From an uncultured Acidimicrobiia bacterium (lineage in GTDB: Bacteria > Acidobacteriota > Terriglobia > Versatilivoradales > Versatilivoraceae): a stretch of 64,000 nt of DNA. Numbering within the stretch: position 1 is the stretch's first letter; every line of letters begins with the position of its first letter. The translations under genes and the position numbers were made by a program. The stretch is from assembly GCA_963786955.1 (NCBI GenBank), contig CAWBAT010000005.1, positions 320,001-384,000 of the forward strand, given 5' to 3'. The notes under the pieces were generated by a model. It had not been told where the DNA came from. It saw only the letters and a list, made by a program, of their open reading frames with translations, and ran no database searches. Shown in pieces: positions 19,690 through 30,649 of this stretch.

Positions 19690-22600
19690 TCACTGGCCGA
19701 GACGGCGGCGGACTTCAGGAAGCAAGGGATCCTCGCCTGGCTGACCGCGGATGCCGAGATAGGTACGATACGAATCCGCAAAGCCTGAACTCTTGAGTCC
19801 CTCGCGTACTCGTCCCTGGTAGTAATAAACTGACGGGAAGTAGCCGAATGTCGGTACCTGGTCCAGAAATAGCGACAAAGCCTCACCGCGCCGCTTGATG
19901 CAGCGGTCAAATTCTGAATCCGCCTCGACGAAGAGGCCGGCCTCCAAATAGGCCCGCGCCAGTTGAAAGTGACCGATCCAAGTATCCTGCAATTCGTTGG
20001 CTTCCTTGAGTGCCTTGATGGCTGAACGGGCGTCTCCTCGTTTAAGAGCAGCGGTCCCGTCGATGATCTTGGCATAGGCCTGAGGTTCAGACTGCAGTTC
20101 GGAGGCCAGATCGGCAGCTACTTTTTGTGCTTTGGCACCTTCCCCAGCCTCGGCGAAAACTTGACCTGCCAGAAGTCGGGTTTTTACGGCGCGGCTGTTG
20201 GCTAAGGCCTTCTCTGCAGCAACCAGAGCAATCCGGTTTTGTCGCATCGAAAGCTCCGTGTAAGCGAGCGCAACGTACTTGTCGGCTGCGGCATCAGGCT
20301 TCTTAGCTGCCAGGTCGGCCTCCGCACCTTGCTCCAGCATCCGCGCCGCCTCTCGAAAGCGACCTTCATACAAAGCGAGATCCGCCAGTGCAGAAGCGGA
20401 CATCGAAGCACCGAGCGCACTGACCGTCTTTAGCTTTTGGTAAGTGTCAGCGGCTTGAGATAACTGACCCTGTCCGAGCTGGGCAAATGCAAGGGCAAGA
20501 TAGCCATATTCGAAAGACGGATAGCTTTGCTGGACGCGACGTGCTTCGTTTTCACCGCCCTGGAAGTCCCCCGCATAAGACAAAAGCAGCGACAGATTGG
20601 CGGCCGCTGTAGCGTTTGGATTCGTCGCCAGGTCTTTCCGTGCCTCTTCAACCGCTTTAGGCAGGTTTCGTAGCTGGCCAAGGCAAACGGCGAGATTATT
20701 ATGGGCTATGTTGTCTCCGGGATAATGGCTGACGAGCTCATTGTATTCGTCGGTGCATTTTTGCCAATTACCGGTCGTGAGATAGTAGAACCCGCGCACC
20801 CGGTACCGTTCGCGATCCGTCATGCGGTCCACGTGTTCCATGGCGAGTTTGATGTACTTTTCGGCGTCCTGCAACTCGTCCAACTTAAGAGCGGCAGACG
20901 TCATGCCGGAGTAGGCGCGGGCGAAATTTGGATCGAGCTCTGCAGCCTTCGCAAAAGACTGTAATGCCTCTTCAACTTTGCCGGAGAACTGCTGTTCCAT
21001 GGCAACGCCGTACTGGTGCACGACCTCCAGCGAGGCGGCGGTGAATGCTCCTCCGACGCGCTCGAGCTGTGCGGACTCCGGCGTCGTGTCACCCATGGCA
21101 TTGCGAATGGGAGCTGCGAGCTTTGGAATAGCGGGCAGAACCCCCTCCTTATTCGCAACAGTGATTTCACTTTTTGCGATGACGTTTCCGGTCGCCGCGT
21201 CGAGTGCGATTGCTGAGACGTTGTATTTATCGCCGCGCCGGCTGATCTCACCCGTAATTACCGCACTGACACCTTGACTAAGCGCCACTAGGCGCGCCGG
21301 CTGCTCGTCGAGCTTATCGGTGGGATTCGGGAGTTTTTGAGCCATCTTGCGTGCGGTCCCGCGGTTATAAGCGTTGATGAAGCTGGCGCCTTCCAGCGCA
21401 ACGTTGAACATCGGCTCGAGGGTGCCGTCGAATATCGTATCTCCGGTGTGGTTTGTGAAGTCCGCAACCAGAACACTAACGGGCGCGTGAGCCGCTCCAT
21501 TGTTCGGTGCCCCCGTCGAACCGCCGAATTTTGATCTTAGCGCCCAACCTCCGACTGCAACCACAAGGGCGAGCATTCCCGCGCCAACCCACTTCCAGGA
21601 CCCGGCCGGTTTTTTAATGACTGGCGCTTGCATTGTGCCGGCCATCGAAGCCATCACGGGCCGGCTGCCCTGGTACGCATCCAGATCATTCAGGATTTCC
21701 TGCACGTTTTGGTAGCGCTCTGCGAGGTCGCGCTCCAGGCATTTCGCGACGATGTCACTGAGCCCTTTCGGAATGCTGGCATCAAGTTCCGCCGCGGGGA
21801 TGGCACGTTCCTGATTGCGGCGCAACAGACTGGCCATCGCGCTATCTGCTTTGTACGGCATGTTGCCGGTCAGCAGCTCATAGAAGATCAGCCCGACGGA
21901 AAAAACATCGGAACGCTGGTCGAGCGTCTTTCCCATAGACTGTTCGGGGGACATATATTCGATGGTCCCGAGCAACGCACCGGTCTGCGTCATTCCCTCG
22001 GATTCTATGGAGCGCGCGAGGCCGAAATCCATTACCAGGATTCGGCCCGTCTTCGCTTCCTGCATGATGTTCTGCGGTTTCAAGTCACGGTGGATGATCC
22101 CGGCGCTGTGAGCGGCCTCCAGGGCCAAGCAAACCTGGCGAATGATCTTGATTGCCCTCTCCGGGGGAAGCTTGCCGTTGTCGATAAGAATCCGCCGAAG
22201 GTCGTCGCCCTCCACGAATTCCATCGTGATGAACTTCACACCGTCCGCTTCGGAGATATCATAAGTGCGGATCACATTCTTGTGGGTCACCTGCGTCGCG
22301 GTGAGCAGTTCCTGCTTGAACCGCGCCAGAATAACTGGATTCGACGCAAGGTCCGGGCGGATCAATTTGAGCGCAACGGGTCTATCCACTTCGCGATCCA
22401 GGGCTTTATATACAGCCCCCATTCCGCCTTCGCCCAGAAGAGACAGGATTTCGTAGCGCGCCCCGATGAGGTCGCCCGGTTTCAATGCCGCTGCCTTCAT
22501 ATAAATGCCGGCAAATACAGGCGCAGGAGTGCCTTTGGCGGGCAGGCCATCGGAAATGGTTGCGTCCGGATCCGCTACGCGGGTTGGAAGATTGTCGGCC

Positions 22601-22818
22601 GGATGAGAGAGAGGAACAGGAATATCGGAGATCGTCGCGTCTGGATCCGCAGCCCGGGCAGGTGTTTTTGCGGGCGCCGGCAGCGGAGTCAAAGGAACGT
22701 CGGAGATCGTCGCGCCTTCCATGGGGTCCAGCGGCTCATCACTCGCTGAACTGTCGCCCTTGGCAGGCACACCAACTCCCTGCGGGCTCCCCTTTTTCGA
22801 TTTAGAATCTTCCATCAA
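19690..22818 (-). CDS. Hanks-type Ser/Thr protein kinase with TM helix and periplasmic TPR region
   Basis: LGEGGMGAVY, VALK, IIHRDLKPQN, DFGLAR, GTIEYMSPEQ, SDVFSVG; TM WKWVGAGMLALVVAVGGWAL; TolB-N-like segment and multiple TPRs (ELDPNFARAY). Confidence 0.95.
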   Translation of the reverse strand: MMEDSKSKKGSPQGVGVPAKGDSSASDEPLDPMEGATISDVPLTPLPAPAKTPARAADPDATISDIPVPLSHPADNLPTRVADPDATISDGLPAKGTPAPVFAGIYMKAAALKPGDLIGARYEILSLLGEGGMGAVYKALDREVDRPVALKLIRPDLASNPVILARFKQELLTATQVTHKNVIRTYDISEADGVKFITMEFVEGDDLRRILIDNGKLPPERAIKIIRQVCLALEAAHSAGIIHRDLKPQNIMQEAKTGRILVMDFGLARSIESEGMTQTGALLGTIEYMSPEQSMGKTLDQRSDVFSVGLIFYELLTGNMPYKADSAMASLLRRNQERAIPAAELDASIPKGLSDIVAKCLERDLAERYQNVQEILNDLDAYQGSRPVMASMAGTMQAPVIKKPAGSWKWVGAGMLALVVAVGGWALRSKFGGSTGAPNNGAAHAPVSVLVADFTNHTGDTIFDGTLEPMFNVALEGASFINAYNRGTARKMAQKLPNPTDKLDEQPARLVALSQGVSAVITGEISRRGDKYNVSAIALDAATGNVIAKSEITVANKEGVLPAIPKLAAPIRNAMGDTTPESAQLERVGGAFTAASLEVVHQYGVAMEQQFSGKVEEALQSFAKAAELDPNFARAYSGMTSAALKLDELQDAEKYIKLAMEHVDRMTDRERYRVRGFYYLTTGNWQKCTDEYNELVSHYPGDNIAHNNLAVCLGQLRNLPKAVEEARKDLATNPNATAAANLSLLLSYAGDFQGGENEARRVQQSYPSFEYGYLALAFAQLGQGQLSQAADTYQKLKTVSALGASMSASALADLALYEGRFREAARMLEQGAEADLAAKKPDAAADKYVALAYTELSMRQNRIALVAAEKALANSRAVKTRLLAGQVFAEAGEGAKAQKVAADLASELQSEPQAYAKIIDGTAALKRGDARSAIKALKEANELQDTWIGHFQLARAYLEAGLFVEADSEFDRCIKRRGEALSLFLDQVPTFGYFPSVYYYQGRVREGLKSSGFADSYRTYLGIRGQPGEDPLLPEVRRRLGQ

Positions 22819-23318
22819 ACCTCATGTACCCCAGTTGGTAATGAGCAGAAAAACCAAACCTGCTGTTTAGACGAGCGGTTGGCTAATTATATCGATTTCT
22901 GGACCCGAAAGCAGCTTTTTGAAACGGATCATTAAGCCTGAAACAAGCCAAAAGGGGTAAACCGCTGAGTTGATAAGGGGGCCCCCCGACTAAGAATTAC
23001 CATGTCAATGTTGGTTTGCAGATATGGAGATTAATACCCCTAGTCCATGGTTAACTTTCCCCCCTGTATGAATAGCGTTTCTTGGTTTCCAATCAGCGTA
23101 TTTCCCGGGCAACGTTGCTCGAAGAAATGCAAACGGCGCATGTCTTCGCCACCCGCGACTCAGCGTTTTTTCACCCGAAGCACAGATCTTTGCCAAAGCC
23201 TTCAGTAAAAACTCCAAAGCGAAAAAGATGGTCACATCTAGTGATCATAGCGGAATTCCTGTCGCTAAAGAAGAGGTTGGATAACTCTCGGTAAGTATTT
23301 CTGCTTTGAAGGGTTAAG

Positions 23319-23395
23319 TGGTGGAGCTGATGGGGATCGAACCCACGACCTCCTGACTGCCAGTCAGGCGCTCTCCCAAGCTGAGCTACAGCCCC
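23319..23395 (-). tRNA. tRNA-Ala(GGC)
   Basis: Reverse complement GGGGCTGTAGCTCAGCTTGGGAGAGCGCCTGACTGGCAGTCAGGAGGTCGTGGGTTCGATCCCCATCAGCTCCACCA; anticodon GGC; encoded CCA. Confidence 0.97.
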
Positions 23396-23464
23396 ATTCT
23401 AGCGGGGGGGGAACCAACATCACTGATCTTCCAAAATCATACCATTCCAAATCGAAACCAACCG

Positions 23465-23493
23465 ATTCTAGGATAGCCGACCATTCCTGTCAA
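23465..23493 (-). promoter_or_regulatory. sigma70 promoter for tRNA-Ala
   Basis: Minus strand TTGACA-17bp-TAGAAT. Confidence 0.7.
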
Positions 23494-23639
23494 CCCAATA
23501 GCCCTTCAGGCAGAATCGGACAGGCAGAATCGGCTCACTTGCCAGATGGCAGATGTTTGTTTTATCTTAGCAATGCTTTCAAACGCGGGCAGGCATTTCT
23601 TGTTGAATAACTCACGTAATCCCAGCGTTGAAAGGGAAA

Positions 23640-24752
23640 ATGGAAAAAAAGAAAAGTAAGTTTCTCAGTGGAAGAAAAATCGCTCCGTCCTCCATCTACG
23701 CGGGCATTCCTCTTCAGGACTTGATCGACGAAACCTTTGTTGCTTTTAACGCGGCCCGGTTGAGGGAAGCCTGCCATTTGTATAGTCGGCAAATGCTGAA
23801 CAAAGACGTGACCGTGGGAATGACTTTATCTGGCGCTCTCAGCCCGGCTGGAATGGGAATCTCTACTTTTATCCCCTTAATTGAGTCCGGGTTTGTCGAT
23901 TGGATCGTTTCTACGGGCGCCAATCTTTACCATGATAGCCACTTTGGAATTGGTCTCGACCTTCACTCCGGAACGCCTCTCATTAGTGATGTGGAATTGC
24001 GGCGGCAGGGGGTAGTGCGCATCTACGACATTTTCTTCGATTATCGCGTATTGCTTTCCACGGACGCATTTTTTCGAAAGATCATTGGGGCGCCCGAATT
24101 TCAGCGCACCATGAGCAGTGCGGATTTCCACTTTCTCATTGGCAAATATGTTCACGAACGAGAACGCCTCTTGGGACTCAAGAACCAGTCGTTTCTGGCC
24201 GCAGCCTATCGTTGCGGTGTCCCGATTTACACCTCCTCCCCGGGGGATAGTTCGATCGGAATGAACGTCGCTGCCATGGCTCTGGAGGGGAATCAACTCC
24301 GGATCGATGTTTCCGCGGATGTCAATGAAACCGCAGCGATCGTTTTGGAGGCTAAACGTTCCGGGGGTAAGAGCGCCGTGTTTATCTGCGGCGGCGGTTC
24401 CCCTAAGAATTTCATGCTTCAAACCGAACCGCAGCTGCAGGAGGTCCTCGAGATTTCCGAGAAAGGACATGATTATTTTCTTCAAATTACCGATGCCCGT
24501 CCGGATACCGGTGGACTTTCCGGCGCCACTCCCAGTGAGGCCGTGAGCTGGGGGAAGATCGATCCAGCCCAACTTCCCCATAGCGTCGTCTGCTACTGCG
24601 ACTCCACCATAGCTGTCCCCTTAATCGCCTCTTATGCCCTGGCAACTCACCGACCCAGAACGCTGAAACGACTCTATGACCGCAAAGAACAGCTTTCTGA
24701 AAAACTGGCAATAGAATTTCAAAAAACAAAAAAGAAGAGGAGTCATGCATGA
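23640..24752 (+). CDS. Deoxyhypusine synthase-like protein (DHS / homospermidine synthase family)
   Basis: [43 protein letters not shown] (catalytic Lys), DSTIAVP. Confidence 0.9.
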   Translation: MEKKKSKFLSGRKIAPSSIYAGIPLQDLIDETFVAFNAARLREACHLYSRQMLNKDVTVGMTLSGALSPAGMGISTFIPLIESGFVDWIVSTGANLYHDSHFGIGLDLHSGTPLISDVELRRQGVVRIYDIFFDYRVLLSTDAFFRKIIGAPEFQRTMSSADFHFLIGKYVHERERLLGLKNQSFLAAAYRCGVPIYTSSPGDSSIGMNVAAMALEGNQLRIDVSADVNETAAIVLEAKRSGGKSAVFICGGGSPKNFMLQTEPQLQEVLEISEKGHDYFLQITDARPDTGGLSGATPSEAVSWGKIDPAQLPHSVVCYCDSTIAVPLIASYALATHRPRTLKRLYDRKEQLSEKLAIEFQKTKKKRSHA

Positions 24753-26229
24753 AATTTGAAGTGAGGAGCGGTTCGACAAAGAATCTCAAGACGGATTTAT
24801 TGGTAGTCTTGCTCGACAAGGAAGTGGAATTCAGTTCGACCGACGACCCGGCATTAACAGAACTCTTGCAGACACTCGCAGTCAGATTATTCTGAGAAGA
24901 GGGTGAAGAAAGGAGTATTTCACGCGCTGGGAGGAAAATGGAATTCGACATCTTCTGGTATTTCATTCCCAACTCAACTCGTCTTACAACCTCTGGGAGA
25001 ACATAAAAATCTTCGCTTCAAAAGCGATGACCTATGGAAATGATTTCAATCTTTCGGATGTGACCTTCCTTTTGAATGGCAAGGGTGCGGCGACCTATTT
25101 CGGCAAGGTGGTTGAAGGAATCATCCTTGGAAGTTATAGCTTCGAAAAATACAAACAAGAGAAGAACCTTTATTACCCGACAGCTCAAGTTCATTTGATT
25201 TGCTCGGCTGTGGATTTGCCCGAGTGCACTGAAAAATTCAACCGTTATTCACTCGTTGCGAATGTCGTGAACGAATGCCGTGAGATTGTGAACGAACCGG
25301 GGTGTGCCGTCACGCCTGAAGTGTTGGCAACCCTGGCGGCCCAGATCGGAAATCAATACGGGATGAAGGTATCCGTCTTAGATGAGAAAGAGCTGGAAGC
25401 GAACGGTTATACGGGGTTGAGTTCTGTGGGGAAAGGCAGTATTCATCCTCCGCGCTTGATCACTCTGGAGTACCACTCCGCCCAAGCAACTACCGTCAAG
25501 CTGGCCTTGGTGGGGAAAGGAATTACGTTTGACACGGGCGGGATCTCGATTAAACCCGCAGACCGAATGCTCGAGATGAAGGGAGACATGGCCGGAGCGG
25601 CTGCCGTCCTGTACGCCATGAAAGCCCTTGCCCAGCTGAAACCGTCCATTCATGTTGTTGGCGTTATCCCTTCTGCGGAAAACAGCCCTGATGCCAACGC
25701 TCAAAGGCCGGGGGATATCTTCACGGCCAAGAACGGCAAATCCGTCCAAGTCGATAACACCGACGCGGAAGGTCGACTCGTCTTGATTGATGCGTATGCC
25801 CGCGCCGCAGAATTGAAGGCAACGCATATCGTCAATATTGCCACCCTTACCGGCGCCGTGGTGCGGGCCCTGGGCCAGGCCTATGCTGGAATCATGGGTA
25901 ACAGCCAACCCCTGATTGATGCCGTCATCAAATCCGGAAAGAACCATGGAGAAAACTATTGGCAGCTGCCTTTACCGGATGAATACAAAGAACTGTTGAA
26001 GACTCCGTACGCCGATATCAACAACGTCGGAGGCCCTTACGGAGGAGCAATTACTGCCGGCCTCTTCCTGCAAGAGTTTATCCCTGAAAATACAGCCTGG
26101 GCTCATCTGGATATTGCTGGCCCTTTTATATTCGACAAACCTTGGAAATATTATTCTGCAGGGGCAACCGGTTTCGGCTTGAAGACTTTCGTGGATCTTT
26201 GCCTTCGATTCAAAGAGTACTTCCCGTAG
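24749..26229 (+). CDS. pepA: Leucyl aminopeptidase (M17), 5' part frameshifted (likely sequencing indels)
   Basis: ATG overlaps the upstream TGA (MKFEVRSG...); frame breaks near 24885-24912; [41 protein letters not shown]. Confidence 0.9.
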
Positions 26230-26254
26230 GAGATTTCGTTCCCAGCCACCCCCT

Positions 26255-26374
26255 GAAGGTGTGAAGGAATTGGAAAACCCGGCGTGAGGACACGCGGCCT
26301 ACAATAATTTCGAAGAACTTGCCACCGTGTTGTAGGCCGGGTCAGCTGACCCGGCGGAATCCTTTCACACCTTC
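26255..26374. mobile_element. MITE-like TIR/REP element (copy 2)
   Basis: gaaggtgtgaa...ttcacaccttc perfect 11-bp TIR; core cacgcggcctacaat...gttgtaggccgggtcagctgacccggcggaatc. Confidence 0.72.
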
Positions 26375-26573
26375 TCTCTGACAGGAAACTCTTTTCTGAA
26401 TTCCCTAGGAGCAACTGGCCCCCTGGCCTTTTGTCCGGGGCCAACGGCTCCGGCTACAATGGATTCCTGAAGACTCGTTATCTTATCTAAAGGAATGCCG
26501 GCCAAGATCCCTTCCTCTTCTTGCCTAGATGAGATAGGGTTCGCTTTAAATACAAAGAGAATAGGCCTGCGTC

Positions 26574-27263
26574 ATGATCAAGAAATACAAGACTCTATCC
26601 AGCATATGGTTTTCTGACCAGATGCTCCTGATTCTTCTCGTCCTGCTACTCTTGAGGCTTTTTGTCATTCAGCCATTGGCGGAACTGGGTTACCTGCACT
26701 CTATTTTCACAGGAGTTTTCTTATCATTGATTATACTTTCCGGCGTTCTGGCAGTATTTCGAGCTGGAGTTGGAGCTGCAGTCGTCGGCGGATTTGCCTG
26801 CGCAGAAATGTCAATTCTTTGGGCGCGCCATTTCCATTACAGCCATCACCTCTTTCTGGCGGAGAAGATTCTGGGTTTCGCTTTTATTGGAACCTTAGCC
26901 TACCTGGTCCTGACACTCGTATTCCGAGAGGGTCCTATCACTATTTTCCGGGTGGAAGGTGCAATCGTTGTTTACTTACTGGTGGGCGTCATGTGGTCTA
27001 CGGCCTATGTTCTGGTTGAATTGGTGTCACCGGGCGCATTTCAATTCAGAACTCCATACCAGGATATCCACGCTCTCGAATCCAAGCTTATCTACTTCAG
27101 CATGGTCACTCTCTCAACTGTGGGATATGGAGATATTACTCCCATTAACCCGGTTGCGCGCTCCCTCGCTCAATTAGAAGCTCTCACCGGTCAGCTCTTT
27201 CCCGCCATCCTGATCGCCCGGCTGGTCGCCATGGAATTGCAATATTCCAAACCCAAGAAATAG
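26574..27263 (+). CDS. Potassium channel family protein (Ion_trans_2)
   Basis: YFSMVTLSTVGYGDITP canonical K+ filter; multiple TM helices. Confidence 0.88.
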   Translation: MIKKYKTLSSIWFSDQMLLILLVLLLLRLFVIQPLAELGYLHSIFTGVFLSLIILSGVLAVFRAGVGAAVVGGFACAEMSILWARHFHYSHHLFLAEKILGFAFIGTLAYLVLTLVFREGPITIFRVEGAIVVYLLVGVMWSTAYVLVELVSPGAFQFRTPYQDIHALESKLIYFSMVTLSTVGYGDITPINPVARSLAQLEALTGQLFPAILIARLVAMELQYSKPKK

Positions 27264-27350
27264 TTGCGACGGGGAATCGTCCGCCCATCGCTGCAGCGGT
27301 CTTAGTGCGGAAGCCTGATGCGGTGGCGGGTTCGGTAAAAGACCCGTACT

Positions 27351-28509
27351 TTAGTCGAGCTTCTTCTGGAATCTCAAGGCACTGGCTACGAGAATCAAGA
27401 CCCCATACCCCCCCAATGCCAGAATCTGCGGCCAAAGGATACGGATACCAATCCCTTTCAGGAAGATTCCGCGGATGATTTCGACAAAGTATCGCAGCGG
27501 GTTCAAGTAGGTGACATACTGGACCAGGACAGGCATGCTGTTGATGGGAAATGAAAAACCACTCAGTAAAAACATAGGCATAAATATGAAGAAGAACGTC
27601 ATCATGGCCTGCTGCTGCGTATGAGAGATCGTGGAGATGAAGAGTCCCGCTCCCAGGGTGGTGAGGAGGAAAATGGCAGCAGAGCCCAGCAAAAAAAAGA
27701 AATTGCCGCGGAACGGAACCTGGAACACCAGGAGAGCGAGCCCTGTCATCACACTGACTTGCACCAGTCCGACAATGGCAAACGGAATCGTTTTCCCAAG
27801 CATCAATTCCATCGGCCGGATTGGGGTGACCATGAGTTGCTCCATCGTTCCGATCTCTTTTTCTCGAACGATGCTCATCGCGGTCAGCATGACCGTCACC
27901 ATCGCTATAATATTGACCAACACCCCGGAACGAAGTAATTCCGACTTTTCAGATCCGAATTGAACCAGACTCTACGCCGCACATCTAGCTTCGGGATAGC
28001 CAAATTGAGCGCCGTCCCTGCTGACCATCGTTGGGGCCACCATCCATTGGCGTTGTACCTCATTGAGCCGGTCGGCCGCGAAACGGACACGACCTGAATC
28101 GCATAACTGGAGATTAAGCGAAGCCGTGTTCGAATTGCTTCCTTCCACTAGGATCTGTACGGCCGAAGTATCCCCTCGTTTGACATCTTTTCCAAATCCG
28201 GGAAGGACCCGAACTATGGCCATCACCTGACCCCGGTCCAGTAAATTCCTGGTCTCCTGGTCGTTCCGTGGATATTCAGTCAGCCTGAAATTCGGGGAGG
28301 CATTCAAAGGCTTCGCGCAATTCGCGGCTCACAGGGGTTCGGTCAAGATCCATCCAACCCATCTTGGCGTCAGTAACATCCAGATTCACCGCAAATCCGA
28401 AAATGACCAATTGGATGATTGGAGGCAGGAAAAGCACAATGCGCATCCGCGGTTCGCGCAATGCTTGTCGAAATTCTTTGATGACGATTACTCGGATCCT
28501 TCCCCACAT
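27351..28509 (-). CDS. ABC-2 transporter permease (YbhR-like), frameshifted into several ORFs
   Basis: Fragments KEFRQALRE...FGFAVNLDV, VQILVEGSNSNTAS, RVWFNSDLKSRNYFVPG, SIVREKEIGTMEQLMVTP, LSGFSFPI. Confidence 0.85.
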
Positions 28510-28569
28510 AGTCCCCTCGCGCGATGATTGTCCTGATCCGCCTCTTGCCCCCCAAGAACCGTTGCTTCA

Positions 28570-29703
28570 TCAAGCCAACCGGCTCCCCACTTTTCTGGTC
28601 GCCGCCACAAAAACGAAAAGGCTATACAGAAACAGAAACGTAATTTCCGGCCACAACACGTTCACGCCAACACCTTTTAAGAAGATCCCTTTCAACAGCG
28701 TGACAAAGTATCGGGCCGGAACAATGTAAGTAACGAATTGAACAACCCAGGGCATGTTTTCGATGGAGAAGATAAATCCCGAGAGCAGGAACGCTGGCAA
28801 AAAAGAGCTGATGATCCCCATTTGGAATGCCAGGAGCTGTGAACGCGCCAGAGCAGAAATTAAAATTCCCCAGCACAGGGACCCGGTAAGGAAAATACAG
28901 GTCGTCATGAAAAGTAAAAGCAAACTCCCCCGAAAAGGGACATCAAAAATTAAAACCCCTATGGCAACGGCGGTCAAGGCATCCATCACCCCGAGAGTAA
29001 AGAATGCCAACATCTTGCCAAGCACGAGCTCTGCCGCCCTCAAAGGAGTTGTCAGGAGCTGTTCCATCGTCCCCATTTCCCACTCGCGGGCAATCGTCAA
29101 GGAGGTCAGCAAAGCGGAAATGATCATGAGAATAACGGCAATCAAACCGGGAACAATGTAATTCTTGGACTTCAGTTCACTGTTGTACCAGACCCGAAGA
29201 CGAGGCTCCACCGGGATGGGGAATTCCCTACCCGCCTTGCGCTCGATGGCCAGTTTTCGGAGTTCAGCGGAATAGGCCTGCAAGACGGTATCCGCATATC
29301 CCACAGCGATTGAAGCCGTATTGGAATCACTTCCATCAAAAATGACTTGGACACGGGCCTCTCTTCCACTGAGTAGTTCCTTGGAGTAGTCTCGCGGGAC
29401 GATGATCGCGAAGCTAATCTGTCCACGGTTGATTCCCTTTTCAATAGCCGAATAGTTTTCGGTTTCCCCAAGGACCTTAAAAAAGCGAGTGGCCCGAAAT
29501 TTTTCCACCAAATCCCGGCTTTGCGGGGTTTTGTCTTGATCCCAAACAATGGTTGGGATGGAGTCGACATCGAGGGAAAGAGCATAGCCAAAAAGTAAGA
29601 GCATCATCATGGGCATCGCCAGTGCCAGGATCAAGCTGCGGACATCGCGCACAATGTGCAGAAATTCTTTTTGAGCAACAGCCCGGGTCCGTCGGATGTT
29701 CAT
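28570..29703 (-). CDS. ABC-2 transporter permease (YbhS-like)
   Basis: KEFLHIVRD, DGSDSNTA, IAREWEMGTMEQLLTTP, LSGFIFSIENMP. Confidence 0.92.
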   Translation of the reverse strand: MNIRRTRAVAQKEFLHIVRDVRSLILALAMPMMMLLLFGYALSLDVDSIPTIVWDQDKTPQSRDLVEKFRATRFFKVLGETENYSAIEKGINRGQISFAIIVPRDYSKELLSGREARVQVIFDGSDSNTASIAVGYADTVLQAYSAELRKLAIERKAGREFPIPVEPRLRVWYNSELKSKNYIVPGLIAVILMIISALLTSLTIAREWEMGTMEQLLTTPLRAAELVLGKMLAFFTLGVMDALTAVAIGVLIFDVPFRGSLLLLFMTTCIFLTGSLCWGILISALARSQLLAFQMGIISSFLPAFLLSGFIFSIENMPWVVQFVTYIVPARYFVTLLKGIFLKGVGVNVLWPEITFLFLYSLFVFVAATRKVGSRLA

Positions 29704-30647
29704 GGGGCTTTACGATCCTCTTCTTCAATCATGGCGACAAAGACATCTTCCATGGAGGGTGCAATGACTTCCAACCGATCAATCCGAATGTGCCTTTTCG
29801 AAAGCTCGTCCTGTATAATGGCGCTGGCCATTCTCGGATCGCGAACAGTTATATGAAGGCCACTTCCAAAAACAGCCGTTTCCAGGATCCCTTCAGCTCC
29901 TTCCAGAGCTTTCATGCTTTCGAACAGATCCGATGAGTCCAGATGCATCAATTGATAAGATTTGAGTCTTTCTTTAAGTGTGGCCGTCGACCCCAGGGCA
30001 ATGATCCGGCCACGATGCATCAAGGCCAGTCGATGACAATATTCGGCTTCATCCATATAGTGAGTGGTCACAAAGATCGTTTGCCCTTTCGCAGAGAGCT
30101 GGTAGATCAAGTCCCAGAAATTGCGCCGGGCGATGGGATCGACACCGGAAGTCGGCTCGTCCAGAAACAGGATCGGGGGCTCATGAAGTATGGCGCAGCC
30201 CAGAGCCAGTCGTTGTTTCCACCCCCCCGGCAAAAGCCGGGTCATGGTGGTGTGCCGGTTTTCCAGTCCAGAGATCTGCAGCACAAAATTCTTGCGAGTC
30301 TTCCGTTGATTCATGGAAATCCCATAGACCCCGCTAAAAAAATCAATGTTCTCTTCCACGCTCAAATCATCGTAAAGAGAAAACCTTTGAGACATATACC
30401 CGATATTTTGTTTGATTTGCTCTGCCTGAGTAGCCAAGTCGAAACCGGCCACTCTCGCCGCTCCGCTGCTCGGGGTCAGCAGCCCGCACAACATCCGAAT
30501 CGTGGTGGTTTTCCCGGCGCCGTTCGATCCCAGAAAGCCAAAGATCTCCCCGCGCTTGACAGTTAGATTGACGTCGTCGACCGCCACAAAATCTCCAAAA
30601 CGTCGGGTTAGCCTTTGGGCTTCCACTGCCAGATCTGGGCTATCCAT
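29700..30647 (-). CDS. ABC transporter ATP-binding protein
   Basis: Walker A GSNGAGKT, LPGGWKQR, LFLDEPTSGVD, TTHYMDEAE. Confidence 0.93.
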   Translation of the reverse strand: MDSPDLAVEAQRLTRRFGDFVAVDDVNLTVKRGEIFGFLGSNGAGKTTTIRMLCGLLTPSSGAARVAGFDLATQAEQIKQNIGYMSQRFSLYDDLSVEENIDFFSGVYGISMNQRKTRKNFVLQISGLENRHTTMTRLLPGGWKQRLALGCAILHEPPILFLDEPTSGVDPIARRNFWDLIYQLSAKGQTIFVTTHYMDEAEYCHRLALMHRGRIIALGSTATLKERLKSYQLMHLDSSDLFESMKALEGAEGILETAVFGSGLHITVRDPRMASAIIQDELSKRHIRIDRLEVIAPSMEDVFVAMIEEEDRKAP

Positions 30648-30649
30648 AT

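Noticed and set aside
21628-22749. 373-aa antisense ORF
   Set aside because: Shadow frame opposite the GC-rich kinase gene; no recognisable motifs.
23005-23318. Integrase remnant or att site beside tRNA-Ala
   Set aside because: No tyrosine or serine recombinase motifs in the frames read; the only similar tRNA 3' sequence is the rrn tRNA-Ala(TGC).
23507-23533. Tandem caggcagaatcgg duplication
   Set aside because: Only two short copies; no evidence of function.
24749-25030. Programmed ribosomal frameshift in pepA (or other split genes)
   Set aside because: Frame breaks are multiple and scattered over many unrelated genes; sequencing error is more parsimonious.
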